Source: Candidatus Caldarchaeum sp. (lineage in GTDB: Archaea > Thermoproteota > Nitrososphaeria_A > Caldarchaeales > Caldarchaeaceae). Taken from it: 64,000 nucleotides of DNA. The DNA lies in the NCBI GenBank assembly GCA_038885755.1, contig JAVZZH010000002.1:64001-128000 (forward strand). Reading direction: 5' to 3'. Under the pieces are notes generated by a model that was not told the origin of the DNA, ran no database searches, and was given only the letters and a program-made list of their open reading frames with translations. Positions 9,477 to 18,014 of this stretch are shown in pieces (position 1 is the stretch's first letter; every line of letters begins with the position of its first letter). Made by a program: the position numbers and the translations under genes.

Positions 9477-10206
9477 CAGCTTCACAGCACGTGAGATGAT
9501 GGTGGTCTCGGCAGCCCGCATGATCAAGAACCGGGACATCGTTTTCGTCGGCATGCGTCTACCCTTGCTTGCCTTCAGTCTAGCCAAAAACCTATGGGCC
9601 GCTGAAGCAGTGGCACTGTATGAGGCTGGTATAATGCGGGAAAAACATTGCGGCGAATATGTTCACACAATGTGCGACCTACCTCTCCAGACGCAGGCTT
9701 CATGGCTTACGGGGCTTGTAGAAGTAATGTCCTGCCTTCAACGGGGTGAGGTGGATGTTGGAATAATAGGCGGAGCTCAGATAGACGTATGTGGAAACAT
9801 CAACAGCACCTTAGTGAAGACGGCAAGCGGTGTCAGAAGGTTGCCTGGAAGCGGAGGCGCATGCGACATCGCTGTTTTCGTAAAAAAACTAATCGTGATG
9901 ATGCCGCTGGAGTCTAGGAGACTGGCCTCGAAGGTCGACTACATAACATCCCCCTCTGTCTGCGGTAGAAATGGACGGAAACAGTTCAAGGACATCTACT
10001 TGGTCACGGACAAAACGGTGCTTTCGGTGGATGGCTCAAAATTTACAGTCGTCGCGCGTTATCGTGGGGTTAGCATAGAAGACATCATGGACCATGTGGG
10101 CGGACTAGTTACAGAACTGGCTGAAGCCCCTATTCAGCAGCCACCTACAGAAGAAGAGCTTAAAACGTTAAGAGCATTGGACAGAGAAGGATTTTGGACA
10201 CGTTAA
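9466..10206 (+). CDS. Family I CoA transferase, subunit B
   Basis: VFVGM.LP, catalytic-type YEAG, GGAQID..GNINST, RLPGSGGACD. Confidence 0.85.
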   Translation: MATDSFTAREMMVVSAARMIKNRDIVFVGMRLPLLAFSLAKNLWAAEAVALYEAGIMREKHCGEYVHTMCDLPLQTQASWLTGLVEVMSCLQRGEVDVGIIGGAQIDVCGNINSTLVKTASGVRRLPGSGGACDIAVFVKKLIVMMPLESRRLASKVDYITSPSVCGRNGRKQFKDIYLVTDKTVLSVDGSKFTVVARYRGVSIEDIMDHVGGLVTELAEAPIQQPPTEEELKTLRALDREGFWTR

Positions 10207-10502
10207 TCAAATAGCGGCAGACGGGCAGCTGGCAACCATCGCGTCATCCCTTAAAGAGAAGGTTCAGAGCTTCCAGCGGAGAAGTGGAGAGGGAGGTGGG
10301 GATAGCGGAGGTTGAGCTCATGGGCAGGAGAGGGGGACTGACACTGAGCTTTGGAGAGAAAGAGAGAGAAACAGCATTCTAACTGAAAGATAGGACAAAG
10401 AGGCTGGAAAAACATAGCAGCTGGATAACGCTAATACACAACACGTCAATAAAGTTAACAGTAACGACGTGTTCAACGAACATTGGACGACCCGTCCAGC
10501 GT

Positions 10503-10608
10503 TTAAAGCCTTTTTCGGCGAAGATGGATAGGATGACCGAATAATTTCTATAAATTTGTCGCCATAACTGGAGGGTTGAACATCTTTCGGATGAAAACCC
10601 AGAGCAGC
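10503..10608 (+). repeat. Dispersed repeat, copy 2: internally deleted duplicate of the moaD promoter and a moaD coding fragment
   Basis: 10503-10559 matches 3295-3351; 10573-10608 (GGGTTGAAcATCTTTcGGATGAAAACCCAGAGCAGC) matches 3534-3569 with 2 mismatches. Confidence 0.85.
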
Positions 10609-10656
10609 CCAGACGGTCGTATTCCAGACACTATCTTCATGTTGTTTAACCACTTG

Positions 10657-11826
10657 TCAATCGAACATAATCGATTCAGCGAATGTTTCAAGCATTGTTC
10701 TCACATGTTCAAAGCTTGATGTAGACTCCTCGTATTCGAGATGCAGGTAGGGGATGTTGTGTTCGTCTAAAACGGTCTTGTATATCATGTAGTCGTAGAG
10801 CGCTGGCTCGCAGAACTTGGGAGTTATGAAGACGACGCCTTCAGCCTTAGTTGCTTTAACAAGCTTAAGAATGTAGCTATGTTTGTCGACTGAGGGGTTG
10901 TATCTGACGGTTAATGGCTCCTGTTGTTTGACATAGGCTTGAGCTAAAGTTCTTAAGGGGTTTTCACCATCTTTTACCTCTATCTCGCCTATCCACCGAG
11001 CTCCTATCAAAACCTCGTCCGAGACGATGTAGCATCCCGCGTCCTCGATTGTCTTCATGAACATTAAAGGAGGTTGTTCGCAGAAGTCGCCCATAACGAT
11101 AACTCTCACTCTGTCCGCGGGCCTTACCTCTCTTGAACGAACTTCGTCCAAAAACCTCTCTAAGAGCGGGAGGTATTTTTCGACGGGCATGAACTGGCCG
11201 GCTCTCACCGCCAAATAGTATTCATGATAGGGTAGGAGCCAAGGTTTTTCGCGTCTCAGCTCGTTAAGGATGTTAAGCATCCTTCTCTTCTTGTTGTAGA
11301 GCTTGATCGCCTCCACCAGCTTCTCTTGCTCGAACTTTTTCCCCGAAACTCTTTCAAGACCTTCGACGATCCTTCTATAGTCTTGCTCAAGATAAGTTAT
11401 CGCGCTCTCGGAAACGTTGTTGATGGGGTAGTGGATGTAATCCATGTGGATTTTGTCGCCGAAGTTGCGCATCATTATGCCGGAAAGGTTTCGTGCAACG
11501 TCGCATATATTGGAGAATATCAGGGCGTCAAAGACGTTGAGCAGCCCTTGGGCAGCTAGCTGGAAAACGCTTTTTGTTATGCTGCAGACAAATGACTGGG
11601 TGTGGGCTGTCGCTATGTCGAGGGGGAGTCTACCAGAAGCTCCTAAGAGGTTGATGGGGATCATGTTAAGAACATGGGCAAGCTCCTCTGGAAAGTAGAC
11701 GGGGAAATAGCCAAGGGCTTTCCAGCCTAGCCTTCGCCTCCACTCCCTTACATGGTTAAACGTTGTGTAGGAATCTTCTACGACTTCCTCGAAGGTTTGG
11801 ATTGTTTCTTGCTTGGCTTCTGTCAA
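10657..11826 (-). CDS. bcrC: Benzoyl-CoA reductase subunit C (BcrC/BadD)
   Basis: GYFPVY.PEE, QSFVC, SNICDVARNLSG, GDFCEQPP, KFCEPAL. Confidence 0.85.
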   Translation of the reverse strand: MTEAKQETIQTFEEVVEDSYTTFNHVREWRRRLGWKALGYFPVYFPEELAHVLNMIPINLLGASGRLPLDIATAHTQSFVCSITKSVFQLAAQGLLNVFDALIFSNICDVARNLSGIMMRNFGDKIHMDYIHYPINNVSESAITYLEQDYRRIVEGLERVSGKKFEQEKLVEAIKLYNKKRRMLNILNELRREKPWLLPYHEYYLAVRAGQFMPVEKYLPLLERFLDEVRSREVRPADRVRVIVMGDFCEQPPLMFMKTIEDAGCYIVSDEVLIGARWIGEIEVKDGENPLRTLAQAYVKQQEPLTVRYNPSVDKHSYILKLVKATKAEGVVFITPKFCEPALYDYMIYKTVLDEHNIPYLHLEYEESTSSFEHVRTMLETFAESIMFD

Positions 11827-12623
11827 CCTGCTTGATACCCCCTTTTCTTCATCAGCCTTCTAAAGCCTAGCACAGCAGCTCCTACTGCGCCTGCGTAAAA
11901 GAGCTGGGGTGAAACATTTGGCTTAAGGTTTAGTTTTTCTTCCAACACCTTGGGTATCGCTGGGTTTAGAACGAGCCCGCCTGTTATGGTTAGCTCAGGC
12001 TCCACCCCGATCTGTTTCAATGTGACCAGCACTCTTCCAGCCACGGATAGGTGGGCCCCCATCAAAATATCTTCCAATGGAACCTCCTGCGTCATCAGGT
12101 TTATCACCTCTGACTCGGCGAAGACCGAGCACACGGTTGATATCGGGACAGGGTTTTTGGATGAGAGGGCGATGACACCTATATCGGCTACGTCGAACCC
12201 AGTATAGTATGCGATTTTCTCTAGGAAGCCTCCACCTCCCGCCGCACATTTCTCAGTAGACCTGAACTTGACGACCTTCCCCTTCTCATCTACCTTAGCG
12301 GCTCTAGAGTTTCCAGCGCCTATGTCCAAGACTGATTTTGTTCCGGGGTAGAAGAACTTTGCACCCCTACTGTTTGCAGTTATGTCCGTCACGTTTATGT
12401 CTCTAAAGTCCACCCTGTATCTTCCAAAGCCTGTGGCCACAATGTATTCGACGTCTCCGCTTCTAAGGCCTAACTCGTTGAGCGAGGCGTTGAAGAGCTG
12501 CTTGGCCGTGTTGTTGAAGTCGAAGGATGTTTTAGCAGTTTTCGTCAAAAGAATTTTCCCACCGTCCTCTATGAAAGCTATCTTGGTGTTTCTTGTTCCA
12601 ACATCTATTCCAACGGTGATCAT
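11823..12623 (-). CDS. bcrD: Benzoyl-CoA reductase ATP-binding activase subunit D (BcrD/BzdP)
   Basis: ASKHA motifs GIDVG, ATGFGR, VLDIGA..SRA, KCAAGGG.FLE, CSVFAESE; start reset to MITVGID. Confidence 0.8.
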   Translation of the reverse strand: MITVGIDVGTRNTKIAFIEDGGKILLTKTAKTSFDFNNTAKQLFNASLNELGLRSGDVEYIVATGFGRYRVDFRDINVTDITANSRGAKFFYPGTKSVLDIGAGNSRAAKVDEKGKVVKFRSTEKCAAGGGGFLEKIAYYTGFDVADIGVIALSSKNPVPISTVCSVFAESEVINLMTQEVPLEDILMGAHLSVAGRVLVTLKQIGVEPELTITGGLVLNPAIPKVLEEKLNLKPNVSPQLFYAGAVGAAVLGFRRLMKKRGYQAG

Positions 12624-12624
12624 T

Positions 12625-13440
12625 TCACCATCCTCCGACGGATACCAGCTGGCTTGCCTTAACCTTCTCCAGACCGAATAATGCGGCACCTATCGCTCCA
12701 CAGTACACTGTTAGGCTTGAGGTGTTTATCTCCATGTTAAGCTGTTCCTTCAAACATTTGACCATCCCGATGTTCTGCGAAACCCCTCCCGTGAACGTTA
12801 GCTCAGGCTCTATCCCAACTCTACGCAGCAATCCTATAGACCTTATCGCCATGGAGGTGTGGACACCGTATAGAACGTCTTCGATGCTGTTCCCCCACGC
12901 AAGCTGCTCCATCGTCTCGGTTTCGGCGAAGACAGCGCATGTGCTTGATATTTTGACAGGTTTCCTACCCTTGAGCGAAAGCTCTCCTACCTCACTCAGG
13001 GTTAGGCCGAGAGCTTTCGCAGCGCCTTCAATGAACCTTCCCGTTCCCGCGGCGCATTTATCGTTCATGCAGAAGTCAACCACCTCCCCTCTGTCGTTTA
13101 TCCTGATTGCTTTCGTGTCCTGACCGCCCATGTCGAGGACTGTTCTTGTTTTTGGAAACAGGTAGTGTGCGCCTCTGGCGTGACAGCTTATCTCTGTTAC
13201 CTGCATGTTGCCAAACGTTATGTTATATCTTCCGTAGCCGGTGCCGACTAGGATGGAGACCTCTTCCTCAGATATGCCGGCTTTCTTAAGGACCTCGCTG
13301 AACGCTTTTTTCGCCGCCTCGTTTATCCTAATGCCTGTCATCAGTATCGAGGTGGCTACGAGCCTTCCGCTCTCATCAATTATTGCGGCTTTGGTGTATG
13401 TAGAGCCTGCATCAACCCCGGCTGAATAGATCTTCGCCAT
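12625..13440 (-). CDS. bcrA: Benzoyl-CoA reductase ATP-binding activase subunit A (short, BzdQ-sized)
   Basis: GVDAGST, GTGYGR, EISCHARGA, DMGGQDTK, MNDKCAAGTGRF, STCAVFAE. Confidence 0.8.
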   Translation of the reverse strand: MAKIYSAGVDAGSTYTKAAIIDESGRLVATSILMTGIRINEAAKKAFSEVLKKAGISEEEVSILVGTGYGRYNITFGNMQVTEISCHARGAHYLFPKTRTVLDMGGQDTKAIRINDRGEVVDFCMNDKCAAGTGRFIEGAAKALGLTLSEVGELSLKGRKPVKISSTCAVFAETETMEQLAWGNSIEDVLYGVHTSMAIRSIGLLRRVGIEPELTFTGGVSQNIGMVKCLKEQLNMEINTSSLTVYCGAIGAALFGLEKVKASQLVSVGGW

Positions 13441-13442
13441 TT

Positions 13443-14726
13443 CTACATCCCTTTCCTGACGGATAGGCTTTCGAAGAATGCGTCAACCCTGTTTTTAAGC
13501 TGGGCCTCGCTGTAGTACCTTGGGTCAACGTGGTCTGACTCGATGTGAAGAGCTGGGACGTCTAACTGTTTTATCAAGTATTCCCTTATGTCGCCGTGTC
13601 CCATGGAGAATGAGCGGCAGCTCTTAATCGAGTGAATGACAACCCCGTCAGCGCTGTATTCTTGTACATATCTACGGATAAGGTCTTTCCGCATAACCAT
13701 GTTCCAGTTACAGTATGCGTGAATCATGTATTCTGCGAGTGATTCTAAAGGCTTGTCGGGGTTGAGTCTGAAAACGTCAACGTCGGCCATCCCCGCCACC
13801 TTCGGATATGTTGAGGCAACGCATCTAGAGTTCCAAGCCTTGAACAGGTTCCAGAAGCGTTTGAAGAATGGATAGTTGGGAACCCCCTCGAAAACAAGTC
13901 TGAATCTCTCTTCAGGCGTAGGGCCTAACCCTTTCTCATAACGTTCCTGAAGCTCTTTTAAAAGGTAGGCGTAGAAATCAACGCATTCCCTGCTCCCTCT
14001 TAACAGTGTTATCGCTGACATGTAGTAGATTGCTTCGAAGTAGGCGTCGAGCGGCGACGGCTTCAGCTTACCCATGTGGAGGCATTTCTTCCAAAGCTCC
14101 CATGCTTCAGCAGACAACCTAACATACTCTTTCAGCTTCTCCTCATCATACCTGACTCCCGTGAACTGCTCCAGCTTTGGAATGAGCTCCTCAAGCTGGG
14201 ATGAAACATAGTTTATGTCGTGTTTGGGAACGCTGCCGTTGTAGTTTCTGACGTAGGGGACGTCTACGGTGAAGACAGGTGTCTTCGTGATGTACTGGTA
14301 CTGCTCCCACCAGTGTATGTAGATCTGGCAACCTGAGTATGTCAGCATAGCCATGTCCGGCGTCGGTATGTACCCTATCGGGGTTTGCCCTTTGTTGAGG
14401 ACTGTAGCCACCCCCATCTTGACATATCCACAGCAGTCCGTTGAGTAGCCGAACTCCTCGGACAAGCCGATGAGGGAAGGGGCGCTGCCTTTGTAGGAGA
14501 TTTGCAGCGATGTTATCTCGGGGTAGACTGGGGCTATGTTGAAGACTCTTAGAAGCTCTATGGGGTTTGCCATGACGAAGCAGTAGGCTACCTTCCCCCC
14601 GCCCGCCTTTACATCCCTAACCCAGCTGTAGTATTGTTTCACAAGTTCCCCTTGGAGCTGTTTCGCCCTGTCGAGCCCGGCCTCCTCGGCCGTGGGGCGG
14701 GTTGGTGACGTTGACAGGGTCGTCAT
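13443..14726 (-). CDS. bcrB: Benzoyl-CoA reductase subunit B (BcrB/BadE)
   Basis: PVYPEI..LQ, DCCGYVK, YSGC, RLVFEG.PN, STY.KV.G, HSIKSCRSFS.G, IESD.VDPRY.SEAQLKNR. Confidence 0.85.
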   Translation of the reverse strand: MTTLSTSPTRPTAEEAGLDRAKQLQGELVKQYYSWVRDVKAGGGKVAYCFVMANPIELLRVFNIAPVYPEITSLQISYKGSAPSLIGLSEEFGYSTDCCGYVKMGVATVLNKGQTPIGYIPTPDMAMLTYSGCQIYIHWWEQYQYITKTPVFTVDVPYVRNYNGSVPKHDINYVSSQLEELIPKLEQFTGVRYDEEKLKEYVRLSAEAWELWKKCLHMGKLKPSPLDAYFEAIYYMSAITLLRGSRECVDFYAYLLKELQERYEKGLGPTPEERFRLVFEGVPNYPFFKRFWNLFKAWNSRCVASTYPKVAGMADVDVFRLNPDKPLESLAEYMIHAYCNWNMVMRKDLIRRYVQEYSADGVVIHSIKSCRSFSMGHGDIREYLIKQLDVPALHIESDHVDPRYYSEAQLKNRVDAFFESLSVRKGM

Positions 14727-14748
14727 CGATGTCTATGCCGGCGTTTCA

Positions 14749-14779
14749 ATTATATACTTTCGGACTAATTTCTATAAAT
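14749..14779 (-). promoter_or_regulatory. Putative operator (ATTTCTATAAAT on + strand), BRE-like CGAAAG and TATATAAT for bcrBADC
   Basis: Motif 14768-14779 within the near-palindrome TAATTTCTATAAATTA; 11-nt spacer; TATA starts 30 nt before the ATG. Confidence 0.6.
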
Positions 14780-14781
14780 TA

Positions 14782-15702
14782 TCAACGCCTACGCATCAGA
14801 AAACCCATGTATCCCTGCACACTTATTCTTAAAAGCCTGTTCAGCAGGATGTCTCTGACATAGCTGTCTAGCCCGTTCAAGCCAACCCCGTGTCTCTCAA
14901 GAAGTTTTTTACGCAGTCTTTCAGCTATGGCGTTTGCTCCCAGCCCCTCGTCGAGCATACGTCCTATCTCGTCCCGCCACGTCGTTATAGACGCTCTCTC
15001 TTCTTCAAACAGTTGGCTGTCAACTTGTTTGATGCCGAAGTGAGGCGTGTAGAGTGTCGTGGGTTTTAAGCTTCTTATCTTGTCAAGGCTCTGTAGCGCT
15101 GAGTCGACGTCGTAGAATGGCGGGCTGGCGGGCGGCAGGGGGAATGGCAGGGCTGGATGTCTGACGCACATGGCGTCGCCCGTGAAGACCGAGCCCTCTT
15201 CCTCCAAGTAAAGTGAGATGTGGCCTGGCGCATGCCCCGGCGTGAACAGCACCTCCAGCCTGACGTCGCCCAGCTCGTAGCTTTCTTCCTTAACAGGCTC
15301 GATTCTCTCGGGCTGTATCGGCTGCAGGCCTCCGATGTAGTGTGCTATGTCTTCTCCGAAAGCTGCCAGCGCTGCGTCAACAAGCCTCGACGGATCGATC
15401 AACGTTCTCACAGCAGCTTCATGCACCATAAGCTGAGCGTTAGGCATGTTCTGCAGCGCTGTGTGAGAGCCGCCGGCGTGGTCTAGGTGGAAATGGGTTA
15501 GAAAAACATACTTCACGTCGCTGAGTTTGACGCCGAGCTCACGTAAACCGTTCAATACAAAGCTCCATGAAGTCGAGTATCCGACGTCGACCAGAGCAGC
15601 TCCATCGCCTCCTCTAACCACGTAAGAGGCCACAGCACCCTTTGAGCCGTACCCGTGTGTGTCGATGACTGCTACATGCCTGCTGGCCCAGCTGCCCGAC
15701 AT
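14782..15702 (-). CDS. Metallo-beta-lactamase-fold hydrolase (glyoxalase II-like)
   Basis: THFHLDHAGG, TPGHAPGH, FTGDA, PHFG. Confidence 0.85.
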   Translation of the reverse strand: MSGSWASRHVAVIDTHGYGSKGAVASYVVRGGDGAALVDVGYSTSWSFVLNGLRELGVKLSDVKYVFLTHFHLDHAGGSHTALQNMPNAQLMVHEAAVRTLIDPSRLVDAALAAFGEDIAHYIGGLQPIQPERIEPVKEESYELGDVRLEVLFTPGHAPGHISLYLEEEGSVFTGDAMCVRHPALPFPLPPASPPFYDVDSALQSLDKIRSLKPTTLYTPHFGIKQVDSQLFEEERASITTWRDEIGRMLDEGLGANAIAERLRKKLLERHGVGLNGLDSYVRDILLNRLLRISVQGYMGFLMRRR

Positions 15703-15805
15703 TCCAAAAACAGCTGCCGCCGACCAGGTTATTTAGCTGTCAAACGTAATTATAGAAGTATAGCTGGCCAGTTTCCTGTCTAGGTTTATGTCTCGCATGC
15801 ACCAT

Positions 15806-15821
15806 CTATTTATATAAATAG
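15806..15821. promoter_or_regulatory. Perfect 16-bp palindrome CTATTTATATAAATAG in the divergent MBL / oxidoreductase promoter region
   Basis: Seen directly; core ATTTATATAAAT is the consensus of the island motif; a weaker copy at 15748-15759 faces the MBL gene. Confidence 0.55.
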
Positions 15822-15870
15822 GCATCTAACGAATATTATCAATCGTTTTTGTTTAGAACTAGGTTTTTGG

Positions 15871-16761
15871 ATGAGGCTTAAAATAAGGTTTCACGGAAGG
15901 GGCGGGCAGGGGATAAAAACAGCGGGAAGAATAGTTGGGACCGCCGCCTTCCTCGAAGGGTATGCTGTTCAGGATTCGCCGATGTACGGTCCCGAGCGGA
16001 GGGGGGCTCACGTCATCTCGTTTGTGAGGATATCTGAAGACGGGGTTGGGGGAAGAGGCTACATCTTTGACCCTGACGCGGTTGTTGTAGCTGACACGTC
16101 GCTGCTAAGCCTTCAGCCCAGCCCTCTTCAAGGCTTGAAGGAAAGCGGCGTAGTTGTTCTAAACTCTCAGCGGAATGTTCCCCTAGTCCATGGATACGTT
16201 TCTGTAGTCTACGACGTTACGTCTTCGGCGTCTAGGCTACTGGGGATGAGGAGCGCCATAAGCTCCGGCGTGGCTGCGTTGGCATGCAAAGCCCTGGGAA
16301 TAGCGCGATGGAGCTCTGTTGAAGAAGCTGTTAAAGAGGAGGTGGCTGAGCTCGGGCTTAGGGATGAGCTGGTTGAGGCCAACATCAAGCTTGCTGAAGA
16401 ATGCTACATGAACCCGCCTACTGTCAAGCCGTCGATGGAAAACCATCGGCTACAGCCTACGGAAAGCAGAGTTGTTGAATTACCTTACGTTAGCCCAACC
16501 CTGTCGACAGCCATGATACTCAACCTCGGCAACACTGCTTTGAAAAAGACTGGTGCCTGGAGGGGTGCGACACCCGTCATCGACTATGTTAAATGCACCC
16601 GCTGCATGGTGTGTTTCGTATACTGCCCGGATTCATGCATATCGCTTGAGGATGACCTGACGCCGAAGATAGACTACGATAACTGCAAAGGCTGTCTGGT
16701 CTGCTTCACAGAATGCCCCATCAAAGCGATAAAGCTCGTTGAAGGAGGAAGCATCGCTTGA
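15871..16761 (+). CDS. 2-oxoacid:ferredoxin oxidoreductase gamma-delta fusion (probable phenylglyoxylate oxidoreductase, PadE/PadF-like)
   Basis: HGRGGQG, YGPERRGA, TGAWR, two CxxCxxCxxxCP motifs. Confidence 0.85.
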   Translation: MRLKIRFHGRGGQGIKTAGRIVGTAAFLEGYAVQDSPMYGPERRGAHVISFVRISEDGVGGRGYIFDPDAVVVADTSLLSLQPSPLQGLKESGVVVLNSQRNVPLVHGYVSVVYDVTSSASRLLGMRSAISSGVAALACKALGIARWSSVEEAVKEEVAELGLRDELVEANIKLAEECYMNPPTVKPSMENHRLQPTESRVVELPYVSPTLSTAMILNLGNTALKKTGAWRGATPVIDYVKCTRCMVCFVYCPDSCISLEDDLTPKIDYDNCKGCLVCFTECPIKAIKLVEGGSIA

Positions 16762-18014
16762 GGAAGATGCTGACTGGAAACTCAGCCGCAGCATGGGGTG
16801 CAAGGGTTTCGGACGTCGACTACGTAGCAGCATACCCTATAACCCCACAATCCGAGATAGTCGAGACGTTGTCTAAGTGGGTTGCGGAAGGCGTTATGAA
16901 AGCCAGGTTTGTGAACTTTGAGTCGGAGCATTCGATGATCACGGCGGCGGGCGCAGCATCCCTCACCGGTGCCCGATCGTTTACAGCGACTTCGAGCCAA
17001 GGCTTGTTTTACGCTTTTGAAGCGCTTTACACGGTTTCCGGATGGCGTGCCCCGATCGTGCTGGTCAACGTAGCTAGGGGAGTCGGCATGCCGATGGTTC
17101 TGCAGGTGGAGCACGGTGATGTTTTGGCGGCTAGGGACAGCGGCTTCATCCAACTTCACGCCGAAAACTGCCAAGAGGTGCTGGACTTCATACTTCTGGG
17201 CTACAGAGTTGGTGAAGACCATGAAGTTCTTCTGCCCGTGATAGTTAACATGGATGGCTTTGTCTTGTCGTTTGCACGAGAGCCTGTGGAAATACCTGAG
17301 AAGGAGTTGGTGGAGCAGTTTCTCCCCCAGTTCACGTATCCAAGGCCTCTGGGAGGAGATGAAGGCAGCATGGTTGCCTATGCGCCCACAGTAACTGAGG
17401 GAGCGCCTTACACGTTCTTCAAATACCAGCTACACACTGCAGCGCTTAGGGCTAGGGATGTTTTCAAAGAGGCTGCGAAGGATTTTCGGAAAACATTCGG
17501 CAGACAACACGACGTTGTTGAGAGGTTTATGATGGATGACGCCGAGTGCGCCCTAGTTTGTTCAAACTCATACAGCTCGATAATCAGGTCCGGCGTGGAA
17601 AGGTTAAGGAAAATGGGTTTGAAGGTTGGAATGGTTAGGCTGAAGATGGTAAGGCCTTTCCCGAGCGAGGAGCTGAGAGAAACGTTGTCGCCCGTGCATG
17701 CCGTGGCTGTCTTCGAGCAGAACATATCACCCGGTAAGGGAGGTGCCCTTTACCCTGAGATTGTCGAAGCCCTCTACCATTCGCAGCAAAAGCCATCCGC
17801 CATCGTATCCTTCATAGGAGGGCTTGGAGGAGCAAACATAGGCGAAGAAGAAGTCAGCTACATGGTCAAGTTTGCGATGGATGCTGCGAAGAAAGGCAAG
17901 ACACCGAAAGGACCTGTCCTAGTGTTCAGGGAAGATGATTGGATGAGGCTTAGAGAGTATCTCAGGACAGCGGGCATACCACCGGAGATGATCGAGGCGA
18001 TGCATCGTGTCTGA
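16758..18014 (+). CDS. 2-oxoacid:ferredoxin oxidoreductase alpha subunit (PadG-like)
   Basis: YPITPQSEI, ESEHS, TATSSQG, DGFVLS, RPFP. Confidence 0.9.
   Translation: MRKMLTGNSAAAWGARVSDVDYVAAYPITPQSEIVETLSKWVAEGVMKARFVNFESEHSMITAAGAASLTGARSFTATSSQGLFYAFEALYTVSGWRAPIVLVNVARGVGMPMVLQVEHGDVLAARDSGFIQLHAENCQEVLDFILLGYRVGEDHEVLLPVIVNMDGFVLSFAREPVEIPEKELVEQFLPQFTYPRPLGGDEGSMVAYAPTVTEGAPYTFFKYQLHTAALRARDVFKEAAKDFRKTFGRQHDVVERFMMDDAECALVCSNSYSSIIRSGVERLRKMGLKVGMVRLKMVRPFPSEELRETLSPVHAVAVFEQNISPGKGGALYPEIVEALYHSQQKPSAIVSFIGGLGGANIGEEEVSYMVKFAMDAAKKGKTPKGPVLVFREDDWMRLREYLRTAGIPPEMIEAMHRV

Noticed and set aside
10318-10653. 111-aa minus-strand ORF after bcrC
   Set aside because: It runs antisense through the duplicated promoter fragments and a low-complexity tract; not protein-like
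10657-14726. Alternative call as 2-hydroxyacyl-CoA dehydratase plus activator
   Set aside because: Two different activase subunits, Bcr-type motifs and linkage to dch/had/oah favour benzoyl-CoA reductase
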